DNA of 64,000 bases from Legionella sp. (lineage in GTDB: Bacteria; Pseudomonadota; Gammaproteobacteria; Legionellales; Legionellaceae), in NCBI GenBank assembly GCA_030158115.1, contig JAOATK010000004.1:29739-93738 (forward strand), in the 5' to 3' direction. The stretch's first letter is position 1. The number at the start of each line of letters is the position of its first letter. This document shows, piece after piece, positions 63,301-64,000 of the stretch. Under the pieces are notes generated by a model. It saw nothing but the letters and a program-made list of their open reading frames with translations. It was not told the DNA's origin and did no database searches. Position numbers and translations under genes: made by a program.

Positions 63301-63424
63301 CAAGGAGGCGATTTTCCCTTATAAATTGCTGTACTAGTTCTGGCGCTACTGAACCTTGTGGTGGCGGGGCTAGAACGAATCTGGTTTCACTTGGATCAGG
63401 GACAGCATTAAAATTGATTGGCAT
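60398..63424 (-). CDS. Large orphan protein (1008 aa) with an N-terminal array of ~60-70-aa helical repeats, effector-like
   Basis: A recurring pattern ...(M/V)P...(Y/I/F)WP(E/R)xxxF(I/L)... appears at least 4 times (WPEIDNFLKQ, WPRVSNFIERH, WPEFNRFLDVN, WPRFTALIEEN) with weaker flanking copies. I recognise no family. Confidence 0.65.
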   Translation of the reverse strand: MPINFNAVPDPSETRFVLAPPPQGSVAPELVQQFIRENRLLAFNEQQCIYELSRISVDKWAIISTFLSTTCRNKFDGGTIRTLSQMPLDLLTMVIDFATQRNITSGEVLFALSNVSAEELHPLIQLVEDHDLLQKPKIWRALVAMPAQYREHFIHFCKAKQYDINGLKGGLIFQQHTPEFWPEIDNFLKQVEVSDYVLGELAKMPATACLDYIRFIATNKVDDWDAKNVLVDIAQALRQLIWDFVCKHNLSISAFRTMPEDIWPRVSNFIERHVQPGNTKLSTYTIDALIKISDEDWPEFNRFLDVNQIHEFEMINEYAQMSALQRGYLFDFIQKYQLKSFNVSTFRKVPIEYWPRFTALIEENQLTHVKQLSAIASRVPEEWAACADLIVRRNISDFWNLRKLENISSQHFHFLCAFVDEYNINDEHVIYGLAQIPSVRQWENIYALAQPLFAPPLPAEDRGCVMHALYEITKQEYRIDRIMPTYDDNERLARIAVVQDEIARDLMPQNPQEYYKQMLQILGTPTNQLGNMHQAAVANARAINVHAEGREGGTGNALKQLLALPYDTSQIDNDYAALIAYLDDFPSTFKRTSAQFVLGLASSQTEGFAPLSADTVITSYDLNITGKEFLARCWHYIQYGEFMGITDAKALATDRENARVGLILNLADAYEDGAVVCNPGKLQHIAVGILQGRLEGAHIDREIPIDVQSTSAEIPTDTAVNLSLVRSTVAASLGAFLQQYEAAVGSQAELKSHVDEWLQAEQGLSGSTYQQYREDFRKDLDAYLELSELPEETVVEIANAQSDITTLQAEPGENLGHIGKKEQENPEVTVPQHNTVSNSALSLDEVKVKAQQEQVLLTTTPPFKNNYTDLLKALAQNVESGNKPRWTSGGSRSQKVQVLRALETFVNKQDDSWIIDVANQTKLLTLIKSICGTHRNWAPVHFSPPASLGEFLTLVRTAPEGYGTSAKAVNTLETAVLTSQQLSQAISTVDFNELLNSMPVKRSSGYER

Positions 63425-63819
63425 GATTATTCATTTCCTAATAAATTAATTAATAGAAATTGTAGCATATAAATTAAAAGAGGAGAATAATTTATTAACA
63501 AGATGTTTTTTTAATAATCTTTTTTGGCGTTTTAGGAGATTCTCTTTGCATAGGGTTTTAGTCCCTTAGCTAGAAGATGAGATAGCATCGCAAATCCTTT
63601 TTGTTGGGTTGTTATATTAATTGCCACAGCAGCCGTTACATCCAGCCCGAATGCTATTCGAGGATTACTAGAATATTTACAGAAAAAGGGTTTGAGACAA
63701 GCGTATTAGCTCATGCAAAGGCAACGCCAGTAAAGCATTTAGATGAGACGGGTTTTCATGTATATTGAATATTAGCGGCATATTTTTCGCAGATGAATAA
63801 GTATGCCGCTTTAAATAAC

Positions 63820-64000
63820 CTAGCTAATGCAACAATTTTGATTCACTGCGTTGATGAACGCTTCATTTTCTGGAGTGGCATCTCCAAATAAATCTCTTCT
63901 AATTTGTTGTTGTGCTTGCTGATTAAATATGGTCATGCCATTTCTAATGCGATACTCTTGTGCTGTGACTCCAATGCTGTCAAGTAGGAGGCTGTTACCT
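63820..64000 (-). CDS. C-terminal 59 codons of an ORF running off the window end; ends in the CaaX-like tetrapeptide CCIS
   Basis: Own translation of the minus strand gives ...GNSLLLDSIGVTAQEYRIRNGMTIFNQQAQQQIRRDLFGDATPENEAFINAVNQNCCIS-stop (TAG at 63822-63820). The frame is open to the window edge in an AT-rich context. Confidence 0.4.
   Translation of the reverse strand, partial: GNSLLLDSIGVTAQEYRIRNGMTIFNQQAQQQIRRDLFGDATPENEAFINAVNQNCCIS

Overview
This is a 64-kb chromosomal window from a low-GC gammaproteobacterium. Gene content suggests a Legionella-like organism (PagP/Rcp homologue, ProA-like M4 protease, Lcl-type DUF1566 protein, several orphan effector-like genes); this taxon call is an inference, not a database hit. 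The window covers the replication-origin neighbourhood. On the minus strand: atpA'(partial)-atpH-atpF-atpE-atpB-atpI, the dolP/diaA/yraN cluster (divergent from rsmI), and mnmE-yidC-yidD-rnpA-rpmH. On the plus strand: dnaA-dnaN-recF-gyrB. After that come hfq-hflX, a cyanide-insensitive-type cydAB plus a DUF2474 ORF, and a Spy/CpxP-like gene. Next is an operon of a formyltransferase-A-T-R NRPS-like synthetase and a soluble hybrid histidine kinase. The remaining genes are coq7, pagP, rlmL, yjgA, an M4 protease, rapA, an ATP-grasp/GCS2/FGase operon, ldhA-like, MFS, GNAT, and several large orphan proteins. I found no tRNA, rRNA, CRISPR array or intact IS. Four observations stand out. (1) rpmH and dnaA are separated by a 4.8-kb insertion. 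It carries a 579-bp tandem duplication, and each unit holds a ~257-bp long-hairpin module (52-bp perfect arms). The two modules lie in opposite orientations, directly upstream of an Lcl-like adhesin gene, so this is a candidate invertible switch; no recombinase is visible in the window. (2) An 81-bp GC-rich palindromic element is inserted in-frame in mnmE. (3) The F-A-T-R synthetase appears translationally coupled to a PAS-PAS hybrid kinase. (4) At least two families of REP-like palindromic elements occur, including one copy nested inside another. All coordinates and motifs were read by eye from the sequence and no searches were run.
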